This document shows, one piece after another, positions 24,216 through 37,880 of a stretch of DNA of 64,000 nucleotides; positions within the stretch are counted from its first letter, which is position 1; each line of letters starts with the position of its first letter. This stretch comes from Octopus bimaculoides (lineage: Eukaryota): NCBI RefSeq assembly GCF_001194135.2, contig NC_068982.1:147169329-147233328 (forward strand). The letters run 5' to 3'. Under the pieces are notes generated by a model that searched no databases, was not told the DNA's origin, and was given only the letters and a program-made list of their open reading frames with translations. The translations under genes were made by a program, and so were the position numbers.

Positions 24216-26154
24216 TAATATTACTACTAGCATTGCAACTAGATGAGATCGGGGACGCCTTTCATGGATACCAAATTAGCAGTTTCTCTTTCTTTCAGTT
24301 TACCAAAGTACTACTAGGAAATATTTCCCCATTATCGCTTTCTCTACTCCTTCTCTGTCTTAATTTTTTGTTCTACCATTTGAAAAAAATATATTAAGAC
24401 ATTCACTTCCGAGAAATTAATGTGATTTGGGTGAGTTCTTGCTGCTCTTCCTGGTAGGTCGAGGGACCACTTAAAGTATCCGTCTTGTTAATGGTTGTGT
24501 TGTGCTACTACTAGTGCTAACTTGATCCGTACCTTTGACATGTTTGTGTAAGACTTTCAAGAGAACTATCAATACAGGTATACATTCCTGCTTTGGAAAC
24601 AATCTTTCCTCACCAAAGCTACAGCAATCCATCCAAAACTAGTGTTGAAGAAAACTAACTAGAATCATATTTCTTGTCTTTGAATTAGTGAATCATGTCA
24701 TATAAACAACATTCTGAACGTAGATTATCTTCACCATACTTTTTGTCATTGTAATACAAATGTTGTTCAACCTCAGGGTAACTCAATTTGAACAAAACTA
24801 TGGTTAAATCTGTTTCATTAAGACCATCTCATTATTATTCCCTTATAGGATTACACTATACAGTTTATCTATCCTTTCATTATTGCGAGTAGGGTGGGTT
24901 TTGAAGGAGATTTGCTTGCTTTTTCCTTCTATGCCGGTTGACCGCCTAAGACCTTTCTCATTTGAAGTCAATAATAAATGTGAAAATGTGAGGTTATGAA
25001 AATATTTGAAGAAGCATAAAATATGAAGTATCTCTTATTGTTGAAAATATTTGTTTATGAATGACATATAAGGTAATATTCGCTGTTTATTGGTTTCAAA
25101 TTTAATGTTCGTTGATTATTGAAATCGTGTTAATAATGAGTGAGACAATGTTAGTATAGGAAAACAATGCTTTCTATTTGAGACCCAAACAACCATGAAA
25201 GTAATGCTCAGATGTAATTCTACAATCCTAAACTTAATATATGGAACAGCATCTTAAATTTGATACAAAACTGTTATATAAATTTTAAATGTGATTTGCA
25301 AGGAATATGTTGATGTCATGTAGTAAAGGCATATGATTAAGAAGGGATATTTAGTGGTTACCTGGTGTAATTTTACTTTGAATTGAGCGACTTTATAAGG
25401 TTCCAGCTTAGAAATTACGAAGTGTCACCGAGCGAGCCAACAAAGAAGCTTCTCTTGTGTCACCCAACCAGCTAGCAATAGCAACTAAATTTTCTTCAAA
25501 TCATACCCACTTTTTAATTAAAAAAAATATAAAAATAAATACATATTAACATAATGGAAACGTAGATATTCTGATATGGAACCAAAATATAATAACATTA
25601 GGTTGAAGAATAAATAGTGTTATTCTTGACTTATTATTCAAGTCGGAAAACACTACCAAAAACAATGGAAAGTACCAAAAACATTACATATCTATAACTA
25701 TAGTCTGTTAACTGAAATGTACCTCTGCACTTATAGTTTAACATTTCTCCATTAGATCATATATAAATCAGAGTTAAACACATTAGAAAATAGACAAAGT
25801 ATTTGTTGTATATATATATATATATATATTAATATTATTACCAAGTATGATATATGGAAGAAATAAAGCAGAATCAAATTCTGCGTGAATTTCATTGGTA
25901 ATTTCCCTTTCTGTAACTCAGGAATCTCTACCGGTAAAAGCAAAACAAATATCAATAACAGCATTAGTTCTTACTACACAGCAGAAATAACCAAGAGGCT
26001 GCTGCTCTCCCTTGTACTGCAACAGAGACACGTAATATTGCACAGAAACATCACACGCAGCTACTGCTTGTGCTGCTGCTGCCATAGAAACAATGCAGTT
26101 ACAGTTTCGAGTGAATGGGTTGCTGCTGAAAAATAGTATCACGAAAAAGTTCCT

Positions 26155-26322
<168 letters not shown>

Positions 26323-26355
26323 TATGCGTTTGCAATGAATTATCATTTCTTCAAA

Positions 26356-26630
26356 TCAAGTGTGAAATACAATATCCATCACGTGGTGTCCGTTTTCATT
26401 CACGAATTTTTGGAAGCTTTCTTGGAAGTTCGCTTCCATCCTATCCAGCATTGTTCTGTGCATAATCCCATGGTTTCAACTGTTGCTCAATGACCAATTT
26501 GTACGGGTGGAAATGCATTTCTTCATGCAAAATACGCCTTACCGATCGATTACTGATGCACAGTTCAGTGGCATTTCTCTGAGCAGAGCGAGTCGGACTC
26601 CGCATTGAAGCTTGTCTGACGCGTAACTGA
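26356..26630 (-). mobile_element. DD37D/maT-like transposase relic with the catalytic domain deleted
   Basis: RSPTRSAQRNATELCISNRSVRRILHEEMHFHPYKLVIEQQLKPWDY joined near 26455-26460 to the C-terminus MLDRMEANFQESFQKFVNENGHHVMDIVFHT* (stop at 26356-26358). Confidence 0.75.
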
Positions 26631-27007
26631 GGCGTATATGTATATATATGTCTATGTATGTGTGTATGTATGTTTGTATGCTTGTATAAATGAGAATACT
26701 TGCGACGGACCGGTGTCCCTTTCAAAGTGGGGGAGGGATATGTATGCTAGAGAATCTGGGAAACCGACCCTACGACTCTATATCATGCGGAAAGGAGATT
26801 TATTCTTCATATATATATATACCTTCGAAAGGCAGAGTAGATAAAACAGGGAACAACTGATGAAGGGAATGTTCTTTATGTTACCTGTCTCGTTTCTCTA
26901 TTTGTCTCTTTCGTTGTTCGTAAAAAAGTTCGTTTACCATGTTCTTTTTTTCTATGTTCTCCTTTTTCATTTTGTTCACGTCTTTTACATCCTCTACCCA
27001 TATTTGC

Positions 27008-27092
<85 letters not shown>

Positions 27093-27436
27093 CATGTATG
27101 TATGTATAATGATAATAATAATAAGGATTCACATAGAAGCAGATACTTGAAAAATATGCACCAGATAGGGTTGAATAAACCTGTGGTCACCATCGATGTC
27201 TCATAGATATCAAATAGGATATTCCAATTGTGTACACAGAGAAACCAACCCTATGAATATTTAGCACCTCAGCCACGTCCTGCTGTATTCTGGGGATATT
27301 CTTTTGTTTTTGAAATTGTGTTTCATCTGATGATTACGGATCTTGCAATGAAGTAATGTTCTCATTCTTCTATTTAATGAATGCGTAAATGGTGTCATGA
27401 GCTAACAATTATCCATCGTCATTTATTATTCATGTG

Positions 27437-27471
<35 letters not shown>

Positions 27472-28172
27472 NNNNNNNNNNNNNNNNNNNNNNNNNNNNN
27501 NNNNNNNNNNNNNNNNNNNNNNNNNNNNNNNNNNNNNNNNNNNNNNNNNNNNNNNNNNNNNNNNNNNNNNNNNNNNNNNNNNNNNNNNNNNNNNNNNNNN
27601 NNNNNNNNNNNNNNNNNNNNNNNNNNNNNNNNNNNNNNNNNNNNNNNNNNNNNNNNNNNNNNNNNNNNNNNNNNNNNNNNNNNNNNNNNNNNNNNNNNNN
27701 NNNNNNNNNNNNNNNNNNNNNNNNNNNNNNNNNNNNNNNNNNNNNNNNNNNNNNNNNNNNNNNNNNNNNNNNNNNNNNNNNNNNNNNNNNNNNNNNNNNN
27801 NNNNNNNNNNNNNNNNNNNNNNNNNNNNNNNNNNNNNNNNNNNNNNNNNNNNNNNNNNNNNNNNNNNNNNNNNNNNNNNNNNNNNNNNNNNNNNNNNNNN
27901 NNNNNNNNNNNNNNNNNNNNNNNNNNNNNNNNNNNNNNNNNNNNNNNNNNNNNNNNNNNNNNNNNNNNNNNNNNNNNNNNNNNNNNNNNNNNNNNNNNNN
28001 NNNNNNNNNNNNNNNNNNNNNNNNNNNNNNNNNNNNNNNNNNNNNNNNNNNNNNNNNNNNNNNNNNNNNNNNNNNNNNNNNNNNNNNNNNNNNNNNNNNN
28101 NNNNNNNNNNNNNNNNNNNNNNNNNNNNNNNNNNNNNNNNNNNNNNNNNNNNNNNNNNNNNNNNNNNNNNNG

Positions 28173-28234
<62 letters not shown>

Positions 28235-28370
28235 GAGAGAGAGAGAGGGCGAGAGAGAACGTGTGAGCGAGAGGGAAAGTGTGTAACAGACTGTTATATA
28301 GACAGACTGATGAATATATGTATATCTATGTATGTGTGTGTGTGTGTCCATACATGCATATATTGTATAT

Positions 28371-28431
<61 letters not shown>

Positions 28432-28870
28432 CATATATATGTGTCTGTGTGTATGTATGTATATTTATATATAGGTATGTATGTATGTATGTGTATATAT
28501 CTGTATATATGTTTGTATGAGTGTGTGTGTATGTGTTATGTATATGTAAACTCGAAGGACACATAAATATACTTTTTAATGTCACAGAGGTATTGACGGT
28601 ACAGAACACATGCAGACGTAATCATTGACGTTTACACATAAATGCATCGAAACAAGCTTACTCCGAAACCATTCACACACATCTAATCTATTCACATGCA
28701 ATATTCTACTATTACCGTCCCCCATTCGGGGATGCAGATAGATCCATATGCTGTAAAGATAAATGCGTCTGTCCGCTGACAGTCAAATCATTTATTTCCA
28801 TACTACGGTAACTTGTGTTATGGCTTGCCCTAGCTTGGTGTCTATGTGAAAACTGACAGAAAGTTGTTAA

Positions 28871-29006
28871 ATGAAAAATAACACAGACATCCTCTTAATA
28901 ACAGTTATCTTCGTCAATGTGGCACGCGAACGAGTTCTATCAGCAACGGCGAAGTACGCCATCAAGAAGGAGAACCGGCCCCAGATCAAATCAACCTGGT
29001 TGTCAC
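28871..29006 (+). CDS. Candidate coding exon (hypothetical; possible signal-peptide or membrane-anchor exon)
   Basis: TAA-ATG at 28868-28873; MKNNTDILLITVIFVNVARERVLSATAKYAIKKENRPQIKSTWLS with many C/G-ending codons; GTAAAA donor at 29007. Alternative acceptor AACAG at 28904 gives a 102-nt exon open in another frame. No homolog recognised. Confidence 0.33.
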
Positions 29007-29177
29007 GTAAAATTTAAATGGCTGCCTTGTTCTCTGGAAAATGCTTATTTCATCGAATAACTGTATAATTATAATTGCTTCTGGTATCGCCAGCTTTCAT
29101 TAGTTAGCCAGGCTTAGGCAATCTCGTGCAATTTTCCGCTTTTGTGATGTGTCTGTGTTGTCATTTTTATCGCACAG

Positions 29178-29306
29178 CCGATGGAGAAGCTATCGTAATA
29201 CCTTGCCTAACGAGAACAATTCTCTAAAACCAAGTCTAAAAGAGATCGCGCCAAACACACTTAATTACCCTCAAAAGCCAACGTTGATTAGGCCAAGTAC
29301 ATCTGG
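29178..29306 (+). CDS. Candidate 129-nt exon (hypothetical protein)
   Basis: Acceptor TCATTTTTATCGCACAG, perfect donor GG|GTGAGT at 29307; one frame fully open (RWRSYRNTLPNENNSLKPSLKEIAPNTLNYPQKPTLIRPSTS), phase 2-2. Confidence 0.38.
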
Positions 29307-29618
29307 GTGAGTACGTTACTATGACTGGCGTTTCTGGTCAATATAAAGTGCCAAAATGTTTGAGAAAGAAAGGAGAGAGAAAAATCATGAATAAAAGAGG
29401 AGAAACAAAGAGAGATGGAAGAATAGCAGACTGTTCTACCATCGTTGTTTTCACGTGTTTAAATAACATTCTAGAACTGTTTTGTGTTTTCCATATTAGT
29501 TTTGTGTCACAAAGTAATCCAAATTCATATTTCGATCACATGATTCACTTTTCATGAACAAATCTCGTGAGTGTGTGTTCTGGGGTGCACTTGCGAGCAC
29601 GCGACTGAGTGTTTGTGA

Positions 29619-29688
<70 letters not shown>

Positions 29689-30132
29689 AAATCGTCTTGA
29701 ATGAGAAGAAATAAATGGAAGAATTGGACGCATAACGGCAAAGAAACGCGATATCAGAACCCAAGAAGGCAATTAGAATATGCAGTGATTAATGAAGAGA
29801 TGAATTATAAGAAAGGTATGTATAAATTAAGACAGCTATGAAAGATTTGCAGTATGAAAACCTCACGAAAGATTCATATGTAAATAAAAGGAGAGAGAAA
29901 GGAGAAGATTAAAAGGGGAGATAAATGTAATGAGATTGCTGGACGGTATTTCTACGATTCGACTGAAAAATCAATACTGATGCCGTAGATACAAAGAATA
30001 AAGAATTATATGTCATAGAATAATGCTGACATTTGAGTAAAATTATAAACATTAGGATTCTGTATTACTATCTTTATATCATTTACCTTTTTGCCCCGGT
30101 CACAACACACGCTCACAGACACACGTATTTAT

Positions 30133-30164
<32 letters not shown>

Positions 30165-30211
30165 NNNNNNNNNNATGGCAACACAAACACATACACACTC
30201 GTACATGCAGA

Positions 30212-30259
<48 letters not shown>

Positions 30260-30650
30260 ATATGAATGTCACTTTCGATGTGATAAAGTAATAGGTACAT
30301 AACATTAGTGAACAAGGTTGGCTAGAAGACTAAAACTCTAGCATTAACTGCAACCAAAAGCAAAGCTGTTATACCACCATCATAACAGTTGGCTGTAGGC
30401 AGTTGATCAATTGAGCAGTTACATGCATAAAAGGATAACAATTTAAACAGGCAAAACAAATGGTATCAGGTTAGATTATGACATTTATATCTTTAAAGAT
30501 AAGGTTTACATGAGTATTACTCATAAGAGAGACAGAAGAAAGTGTCTTACAGCTGTTTCAAGTATAGATGCGCAAATGGTGCATGTTGTCCAAAAGAAGC
30601 AGTAGCTATCCCCTCCACACACACATATATATATATGTATATATATACAT

Positions 30651-30800
30651 ATATATGGAGAGAGAGACAGAGAAAGAGAGAGAAAGTAAGTGAGAAATGC
30701 ATACATTCATGTGTGTATATCTATATATATGGAGAGAGAGACAGAAAAAGAGAGAGAAAGTAAGTGAGAAATGCATACATACATGTGTGTATATATATAT
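30651..30800 (+). repeat. 74-bp tandem minisatellite (at least 2 units) running into an assembly gap
   Basis: Unit ATATATGGAGAGAGAGACAGA.AAAGAGAGAGAAAGTAAGTGAGAAATGCATACAT.CATGTGTGT starts at 30651 and 30725. Confidence 0.85.
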
Positions 30801-31165
30801 NNNNNNNNNNNNNNNNNNNNNNNNNNNNNNNNNNNNNNNNNNNNNNNNNNNNNNNNNNNNNNNNNNNNNNNNNNNNNNNNNNNNNNNNNNNNNNNNNNNN
30901 NNNNNNNNNNNNNNNNNNNNNNNNNNNNNNNNNNNNNNNNNNNNNNNNNNNNNNNNNNNNNNNNNNNNNNNNNNNNNNNNNNNNNNNNNNNNNNNNNNNN
31001 NNNNNNNNNNNNNNNNNNNNNNNNNNNNNNNNNNNNNNNNNNNNNNNNNNNNNNNNNNNNNNNNNNNNNNNNNNNNNNNNNNNNNNNNNNNNNNNNNNNN
31101 NNNNNNNNNNNNNNNNNNNNNNNNNNNNNNNNNNNNNNNNNNNNNNNNNNNNNNNNNNNNNNNNN

Positions 31166-31730
31166 AATAGAAGGCATTAAAACGTTCGGACAGATAGACA
31201 ATACATAGGCGGATAAGAGAAACAACAATTATAAGGTCAGGCAAAAAAAGACGGATCATTCTTGTCTTTCTTTCGTCAGTCAAGTCCCAGAAGTCACGAT
31301 CATTTCGGGCAGTTACACTTGACATGGTTCGATCTGGTTGCCCCTCACAAAAGAAAAAAAAATGTTTAAGCTAATAGCATTAGACCCCTTTGTAAGAAAG
31401 CTAGCGAATGTGTACAGTAACAAAGGCAAAAAAAAACAAACAAATAAACAAAAAGCGGAGAACATAGTACACAATTATGAATACAAACAACTAGAAATAA
31501 CAATAGGCGTCTTTCGACTGAAAACGAATCAAATTGAGCAGGCGTGTATGAAGTGAAAGCCTAAAGGCAGGAACATGGGAGATGGACACAAGAGTTGTTG
31601 ACGGTTGGCAGTCAGGTCAAGAAAGAAAGATCATGGCTGTCCGGACACCGATCACGTGGATGGGTAGGAGACAACGGGATTGAAGGATTAAAAAACAATC
31701 AGAGACAAAGAGAAAGGTAAAGGGAGATAT
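31166..31730 (+). repeat. Unclassified dispersed repeat, copy 1 (about 520-560 bp)
   Basis: Colinear, diverged direct repeat of 43481-43995 (e.g. CAGTCAAGTCCCAGAAG, CGATCTGGTTG, GGCGTGTATGAAGTGAAAGC). Confidence 0.85.
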
Positions 31731-32346
31731 AAATAATATAGGTGGTTCGTTAGCAATTCAAACTTAAAGGCAAATTTAAAGAAGTGTACAAAATAGTACC
31801 ACCATTGCTAGAAACAAGAGTCTATATTATTTATATATGCATACTTGGGAATTGACAGCTAACCGTCAATTTCCAGAGGTTTTGATTCTAAGGTGACGTA
31901 GACTGCTTGCTGCATTGGATCTATTATAACCAGCAGCGGTAATGATAACAACAATAGCAGCAGCAGCTGCAGCAGGAATCGTCGTGTTATCATTACTGCT
32001 GCTGATTATTCGACGGCTACAACCACTCTTAGAAAACAAGTCTTGACCCCACTATTCAATTTACAAAAACAGATAGTAGCAATCTACTATCACAGCGAAT
32101 TGGAAATACCATGCCTTCAAATCGGAACGAAAGGACCACGAGTGCATGCAAGAAATAACAGTAAACTATGAATGCCATTCTTAATTTTAATTTCAATTTT
32201 ATTTTACTAATAGCCCTCTTCTCTTTTCACATATTTTGTACTCATTTTTGATAAGGTTTTTCAAAAAAACCGAAACATGTAGTGTAAATTAATTAAAACA
32301 CCCCAAATTTTTTTTATAAAAAGTGGCATTTTCATTTTTATTTATC

Positions 32347-32403
<57 letters not shown>

Positions 32404-34497
32404 TATGAAAGATTCTGTGTATATGTGGATATATATGAATGCGTATGTATATGTATGTATGCACAACTGAATTTGCTGATAACGAGGTCTTAGGCTTTGC
32501 CGATGGTGATCTATTCAAAATCTCAAGCGTTTGAATAAGCTATCACTCTTGAAACTGTCACTATCGATAAAACTTTAGTAAATATTAGACTTTGTATATC
32601 TATTTAATCCTTTATTGAGTAAACGTTCGTTGTTTGTATACACTTATAAACATATGATTTTAGCCTTATGTGTTTGTCTACTTGTATGTACGTCTATTGC
32701 TTTTGGCGGTGAATACTGGTGACGTGAGAATATGTCATCGAAGCTATTGATAAACTGGTGTTTTTATACGAAATGCCTTATGCGATTCGTTGTCTATTTA
32801 TGTAGACAAGCCTTTGCTACACTTCCCACTCCCTGGAAACCTGCACTCAGTTACGCTATTGTTTACATAAATGTCATAAAAAGACCTCTACTGCCTCGTC
32901 GATATGCGCTTGTTATGCAATTTGAAGATGTAACTTTGGATGCTGTGGTGAATTTATAACCCTAAAATTTCCGATAATTTTTGTGCTAAACATCTTAGAA
33001 AATATGATTCATTTCTGAAAATGCTCAATTTATTTCAGCAAGGATAATAATTTTCTAGGTGCAACTGTATTACTATTGAATGCCATATTTAAAGGTTAAC
33101 AATTGCGCTTAGCAAACATCTTCCAAAGAACATATTTCATGAGCACTATCTTCCTGATTCCCTAGTTACTCACGAATTTATTAAAGAAATCAATAAGATG
33201 GTTACGACGCACCAAGCAAAAGATTCACGATTTGAGTGTGTGTTGTGCGTGTATGTGTATGTGTGTATATATATGTGTGTGTATATATGTAGACATACAG
33301 ATATACATACATACACACATACATACTAAATTACCTACTTAATATAAGATCAGGAGTTCTGACCATTTGATCATATAATGAAGTAAACTTCCATTTTTTG
33401 TGTCTTTAAACTTCATTTCTTCAGGCCAATGCGACCATTGTCAATCAAACAACCTGATTAACAAAAAAGTTAATCTTACCATAACTTAACCACATTCTAA
33501 AGAGAATTAAATTCCTTGTAAAGTTGAAACATTCCTTGAAGCAGCTAATATGCTTGCAGTTAACCGCTATTCAAAATTCTGTATAACATTGCTCTTTGAT
33601 ACGTAATTAACAATTATATTGTAGATTTTTCTTTTACATATATCATTTTTTTTTACTTCATCTCACCGTGTAAATCTTTGGCCATCTTAGGAAAACGAAT
33701 CAGACACTACATTCACATATTTAACTGGTCATGTCAACGAAATAATCACTGTGATGACAGATTAACTTTTATGTCTGTCAGTAAATCATACATAAACATA
33801 TATGATTCCGTCGTTCTCAAATGTTAACCTCAAAACGACTGACAGAAAAAAGTATTTTAAACCGTTGCTCTTTTATCTCTTTGGGAAGCCTACGCTTCAC
33901 ACCTGCCGATAATACATACAGCGTTAAAAGCTTGTGTTACACCATGTCTTGAAGAGAAAGAGAAACTTAATTCTGAAGTATAGAGAGACGCAGATAAGGA
34001 GAAGATAACATGAACATTATGGAATTCTATATTAAAAGGCTGTGTTTCGTTTGAGTTCTATTAATTTCTGTGTGACAAACATCTTGAAATACCATCCGTC
34101 TTGAAACTTAATCGTTGTCTTTATCATGATCGCCAAACAACTATAAACTACAAATTTAAAGTATTTACATCAACTTGTTCAAGTCAAGTACATTATTTAC
34201 GATTGATTTTTACGAAGATTTAAATTCCCATTTACTTGAATTTAACTGGCGATTAATTGTTTATTGCTAGCTCAGCTCTACTTGGATTCTACAACTAAAG
34301 GCTTTCCAACCATAACCACCAAACCTTTTTGTATATTACGGAATACATTTCTATGTATTAAAGTAGTTTTGGTTTCTATTTCTAGTATGTCGAGCGACCA
34401 CGTAAAAGCTCCTTTATTTGTATCGTCCGGCGAACGATTCAGAATTTTTTTGAGAAAATAAGACATAAGAAATAAAAAGAATAAACGAATAAAAGAA

Positions 34498-34592
34498 TAA
34501 GCTCAGGCTTGTCTAAGTGGTAAAGTGTTCGCTTCCCAACCACATAGATAGCTATACATATAAGTATGCGCGCGCGCGAGCGCGTATGTACG

Positions 34593-34626
<34 letters not shown>

Positions 34627-34847
34627 GGTATGCATGTACGTATGTATGTGTGCGTGTGTGTGATTTTTGTGTTAGATTTTGTCCCCCATCACCGCTTCAC
34701 AACCATTTTTGGTTTGTCTACATTTCTGTAACTTTGCGATTCCGCAAAAGAGGACCGTAGAATTAGTACCAGATTTAAAAAAAAAAATTATCTTGATCTG
34801 TTTGAATTCTAATGACTGAAACAAGTAAAAGATAAAAGATAAAAGAT
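34498..34847 (+). mobile_element. Decayed family-B-related SINE with internal deletion
   Basis: Head GTGGTAAAGTGTTCGCTTCCCAACCACAT; after the microsatellite GTCCCCCATCACCGCTTCACAACC; tail AATGACTGAAACAAGTAAAAGATAAAAGATAAAAGAT. Confidence 0.65.
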
Positions 34848-35640
34848 TATAGCCCTCTGCCAAATTTCTTCGCTTTTATACCTATATGAAAACTCAATAT
34901 GTAAAATTGAGCTATTTTGCCCTTCTCCGTTTCTATTTTATGTGCTTTAAAATTAGCTCGAGATAAAACAGTTGAATACATCACATCATATCGCTTTTAC
35001 GAATCATGTCTATGTTTGTTTATATCATCAGAAACAAAAGTTTCATGAGGTTAATGTTCAACTGAGTCTCGAAATGCCTGTTATCTTAGATATCATATAA
35101 ATTAATCTACACAGGAAATCGATATGTGAGAGGTGATGAATAACCCTTTAAAGTCAAGGTATAAAATAAAGATGGATGCCGTTGATAAATAAATTTACGG
35201 CGTTATCTAGCGTTGTATAATATTCAGCTTCGGGAAAACAGAACAAGGTATTTAATTTTTTAAGTGCTGATTGTTAAGCATGATTGCGAGCAATTTGTAA
35301 GTCATCTGAGTCACTTTAAACGATAGCACTGACAATTACGAATTGATGACAAAATTTATGCCAACAGGTTTTGAACTTTCTACAGTGAAAAGGATTTACG
35401 CAGATTTTATTTACATTCTTTTGCACCCTGTCTCATAGCTATACTTTAAACCTATATAAATCTTTAGGGATTTCTGAAAACAAGTTTGTAGCGTAAAATT
35501 ACTCTTAAGTATGGAAAAAATTCCTAAATGTAGACATGTATATGGAATAAACAAACAATATATATACTATTGCTTTATCCTTCTCAACCGCTTTCTCTCT
35601 CTCTCTCTGTTACACATACACTGTGTATATTTACATATAT

Positions 35641-36009
35641 TCTTTTATTCTTATACCTATTTCAGTCATTTGACTGCGGCCATGCTGCACTGCCTTCAAG
35701 GATATTTAGTCGAATGAATCGATCCCAGTAATTAAATTTTTTGCTAAGACTGGTACTTACTCGAAGCCTGGTTTCCTTTTGTTGAGGACATAAGCACAAC
35801 AACACGCTTGTCAAACGGTGGTGGAGGTCACAGGTACAAAGTCACACACACACACACATGACGGGCTTTAAGTTTCCGTCAATCAAATTTATATCGTCGG
35901 CCTGAGGCTATAGTAGAAGACATTCAGTCAAAGTGCCACGCAGTGGGACTGAACCCGTAACCATGCGGTTAGGAAGCAAGCTTCTTATCACACACCCATA
36001 CCTACGCCT
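35641..36009 (-). mobile_element. Family-B SINE, full length, decayed
   Basis: TTTCAGTCATTTGACTGCGGCCATGCTG ... GTGCCACGCAGTGGGACTGAACCC ... CCTACGCCT. Confidence 0.85.
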
Positions 36010-36958
36010 TTATGTGTGTGTATATATATGTGTGTGTGTGCGTCTTTGTGTATGGGAGGGCATGTCTGTATATGGATATATTAATGCATACAAGCACATA
36101 TCAGTGTGTGGTGAGGAGGTAGTTATGTGTGTAAACATAAATACAGAGACATATATGTGTATGAATGAGTGTGTCTTCAGAAGTCTCTGTGAACCACAGG
36201 CAAACTCCAGAGTAGGAAGAGACTGACTCGATGTAAATGAATACATTAAAAATCTGTACTATACTATTGAAAACTGTTTTATCTGAGTCAATGTTTAACG
36301 TGTATATGTATATGTGTGTGCGTGTGTGTATGTGTGCGTGTGTGTGAGTGTATGTGTGTGTGTGTGTGTGTGTGTGTTTGTGTGTGTATTTAGGAACAAA
36401 AATGTGGGTTACATTAAATAATAAGATTCAAAAACTGTACATGAAGATGACAAAAGAACAAACGGCAAATTCACACACAAGACTTGGACATGATCTTTCC
36501 TCATCAGAAGAATACACACACAAACACACACATACACATGCACACACACATACATACACACACATCGTTTGCGCGAAAAGAATTCAGAAACTTCGAAACA
36601 ACGTGAGATAATTTTTCTTTTTAAGAGTAGAGCTCGAAGGAGATACAGCTATAAAAAATAGCCTATAAGTCTTGCCTAAAAACCGAACAAGTTGTTAGTA
36701 AAGAGGAAAATTTAAGTGTTGTCTCTTAATTGTGTACGGATTTTAAAACAGTCGTTAAATCATTTGCTACAAGAAAATCATCAGTGACTTCCTTTCTCTC
36801 TCCCTNNNNNNNNNNNNNNNNNNNNNNNNNNNNNTCTCCCCTCTCTCTCTCTCTCTCCCCTCTCTCTCTCTCCCCTCTCTCTTTCTCTCCCCCATCTATC
36901 TCTCTCTCTCGCTATATATGTGTGTAGGTGTGTCTATGTCTACGTATATATATATATT

Positions 36959-36992
<34 letters not shown>

Positions 36993-37269
36993 AGTGTGTG
37001 TGTGTGCATGGGTGCATGTGTGTTTGTGTGTGTATATGCATACACAGATATTGAGTTTGGTAAAGAAAGAGTAGAAAAAGTTGAAAGTAAAAAAATAATA
37101 TATTTAATAAATATATTAAGTAAAATGTATTGACTGATCCTGCATTTTGATGTTAATTATTTTTAGATATAACTTCGTATGAAATCAAAATCATTTATAC
37201 ATCCATACATACACGCACACGCACGTTCGCACACACACACATACACAAACCCCCCACACACAAACACAT

Positions 37270-37880
37270 GACTTGGGGATCAGTATGTGCAATGACGCAT
37301 CATTTTATACCCACATTACCAAGATGGCAGCAAAGGGCAGACAACTTGCAAGATGGATACTGAGGTTCTTGAAGACAAGACCAAGAAAATACGTTGACAC
37401 TATATAGTTAGTTTGGCACATAGTGCCAAACTAACTGCAGAGCTTGAAGCAGTCCAGCACCACTACATTAAATAGATTGAAACAGTGCAGCAGATGAACT
37501 ACAAGTGCAGGCTGAGAAAACTGCAAGTTTACTCCTTGGAGAGAAGGCGTGAGAGATATGCAATAATCTTCATATGGAAAATTCTAGAAGGGTTAGTACC
37601 TAGTTTCTGCATTGAGTGTTATAAAAGTGCCAGAACTGACCCCACTGTATTGTACCAAAGATGCCATCTACTCCATCTAAATTCTGGACCAACTACTGCA
37701 ATAGTCTAGGGTTCAAAGACCCACAGCTCTTCAATGCCTTGTCACAAAAATTAAGAAATCTGCATAAGGTGGAAGTAAATGTCTTCGAAAAGGAACTAGA
37801 CAACCTCCTCTCCACAATACTGGATGAGGCAACAGCTCGATATGAGGTGCAGACGAGGGCAACGGAATAAAACTCCATTT
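37270..37880 (+). mobile_element. CR1-like LINE, 3' end of ORF2 (5'-truncated, decayed)
   Basis: DLGISMCNDASFYTHI..ELEAVQ..MNYKCRLRKLQVYSLERRRERYAIIFIWKILEGLVP..PQLFNALSQKLRNL..FEKELDNLLSTILDE, typical CR1-group post-RT motifs. Confidence 0.85.

Noticed and set aside
26855-26900. CTGATGAAGGG half hammerhead core
   Set aside because: No downstream GAAA or closing stems.
31270-31325. Permuted hammerhead in the 31/43-kb repeat (GAAA-TGATCGT ... CTGACGA on the minus strand)
   Set aside because: Stems I and II cannot be formed in either copy.
32654-32708. Signal-peptide-like mini-ORF MILALCVCLLVCTSIAFG with a GTGAAT donor, joinable to an acceptor near 33424
   Set aside because: T-rich DNA readily gives hydrophobic ORFs, the donor is weak and the product would be only about 39 aa.
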